DNA of 63,521 nucleotides, the filler included, from Octopus bimaculoides (lineage: Eukaryota): the NCBI RefSeq assembly GCF_001194135.2. It is 7 parts of 6 records of this genome, joined end to end, with 100 filler letters (N's around TTAATTAATTAA, not from the genome) between each part and the next. Parts side by side here need not be neighbours in the genome. Positions count along the whole stretch, not along the records: positions 57,357 to 63,521 come from NC_068984.1; 6 more parts are not named here. One strand, written 5' to 3'. The notes beneath the pieces are model-generated. The model saw only the letters and a program-made list of their open reading frames with translations. It did no database searches and was not told the origin of the DNA. The translations under genes and the position numbers were made by a program. Shown piece by piece: positions 61,981-63,521 of the stretch (its first letter is position 1; every line of letters begins with the position of its first letter).

Positions 61981-62994
61981 TACAATTTCTTTCAAACAAC
62001 ATTGCCGACCGGCTCATGGAGTGTCAATAGACAGCAGATCTGTATGCATGCAACTGGCTTATACATTCTAACAAGGAAATCCAGCTTGTTTAATATACAA
62101 ATCCATTATGTAAGCAGAATGGTATACATATAAGATTCTAATACGTTATGAGTAAAATCCAATAGTCTTTAAAATTGGTCATTCCGAGTATATAGTTTTT
62201 ACACAGTGTTATTGAATCAAGGGTTTTATTTCAGGTGACCTAAAAGTAGGGAATGTATTAGTAAGGTCAAATCGAAAACAGGAAGAGAGGAATAAAGAAA
62301 GAGAAGAAAAACAGGGGAAGACAAGAGAAGAAAAAGAAAGAAGAAAAATAATAAGAGGAAAGCAGAAAAGAAAGAAAAAAGGAATACAAAGATAGAGATG
62401 AGGGAAAGTGTACCAGATGGTGGTCAGTCGATATAGTTTGAAAATAGGAATGAGGAGATAAGGGTGATAGAGAGAGAAAGGTATTAGAGTGGGGAAAGAT
62501 AGAAGGAATGGGGGGTAATGGAGAGATAGGTGTAAAACGTAAAGGAGTCAAATGTGTGGTGATAGAGTCTAAGTGATTGGGCAGGGAGTGGGGTTGTAGT
62601 ATGGAATGAAGAAATTAGGAATTTAGGTGGTTGGACAGGTCAGTGCTAGTAGTAGAAGGAAAACATATGTGAAGATGTACACATATGTACATATTAGACA
62701 TGTATATATGTATTTACTTATACCGATATTTATGCATATCAACATGCAGATGTATACATATGCATGTATTAGACATGTATATATGTATTTATTTATACAG
62801 ATATTTATACATATCAACATCCACACATACAACTCATACTCATATGTCTGCATATACATACTCAATTACTTGTACAATTTCTTTCAAATAACATTGCCGA
62901 CGGGCTCATGGAGTGTCAAAAGACATCGGATCTGTATGGATGCAACTGGCTTATAAAGTCTAACAAGGAAATCCAGCTTGTCTAATATACAAAT
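61981..62994. repeat. Dispersed direct repeat of 122 bp (61981-62102 and 62873-62994)
   Basis: tacaatttctttcaaa.aacattgccgac.ggctcatggagtgtcaa...caactggcttata...aacaaggaaatccagcttgt.taatatacaaat. Confidence 0.85.
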
Positions 62995-63521
62995 ACGATC
63001 ATAATATATTCATATTTACACGCTCACAACACACACACGCAAACACAAACACACACATACACGCGCGCGCGCACACACACAGAGTTACGTACGTAAAGAG
63101 AGTTGTGTCAAATGTAATTCAGATGTGTGCTTAATGATTATACTCATTAATAAAAGTAGTTCAAATTACACATGTTAAGTATGATTCCATCAAGATGTGC
63201 AATTTAAACGATAAATTAAAAAAACAGTTATGCTCAGTTTAGCATTAATTTCAAGAGAAGTCTCGTGTGTTCATATGTGTGCACGCATATACACATACAC
63301 ACGCACACACAGAGCTGTGTGTGTGTGTGTATGTGTGTGTGTGTTTGTTTGTGTGTGGTATATATATATATATATATATGCATGCACAAAAGTTTATAAT
63401 TATAAGCATAATCATAATTATGCTTATAATTATAAAATCTTTGTATAATCTTACCGATAATAATTCTTTTAACATACCGAACTACATGGTGGAATTATTA
63501 ATTGTTAATTATTAATTTCAC

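Overview
AT-rich, microsatellite-dense eukaryotic DNA. The SINE, RTE and microsatellite content points to an octopus (cephalopod) genome; this is an inference from the repeat families. The window is not one contiguous locus: six artificial 100-bp spacers (44 N + TTAATTAATTAA + 44 N) split it into seven joined pieces (1-5117, 5218-23022, 23123-35355, 35456-42569, 42670-52489, 52590-57256, 57357-63521), and many other N gaps occur. The only host gene I can support is a 7-exon internal fragment on the + strand (43372-52424) that splices into one frame and resembles MYBBP1A/Pol5. The ORF track misses most of it. The rest is transposon debris: mariner, a broken ZBED1-like hAT transposase, two Tx1/L1-like elements, RTE pieces, an R4/Dong-like remnant, Helentron-associated (HINE-like) elements, hAT, Tc1/mariner and piggyBac-like MITEs, and three tRNA-derived SINE families. 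Most listed ORFs are microsatellite or gap artefacts. The most interesting signal is RNA-level: four unrelated families of minimal, Penelope-type type-I hammerhead ribozyme motifs, three of them in clear inverted pairs. One has a tRNA-like Pol III head, an (AAT)n spacer and a hammerhead body (54986-55460), which suggests a SINE/retrozyme hybrid. Most individual copies carry core or stem mutations, so catalytic activity is untested. All alignments were made by eye.
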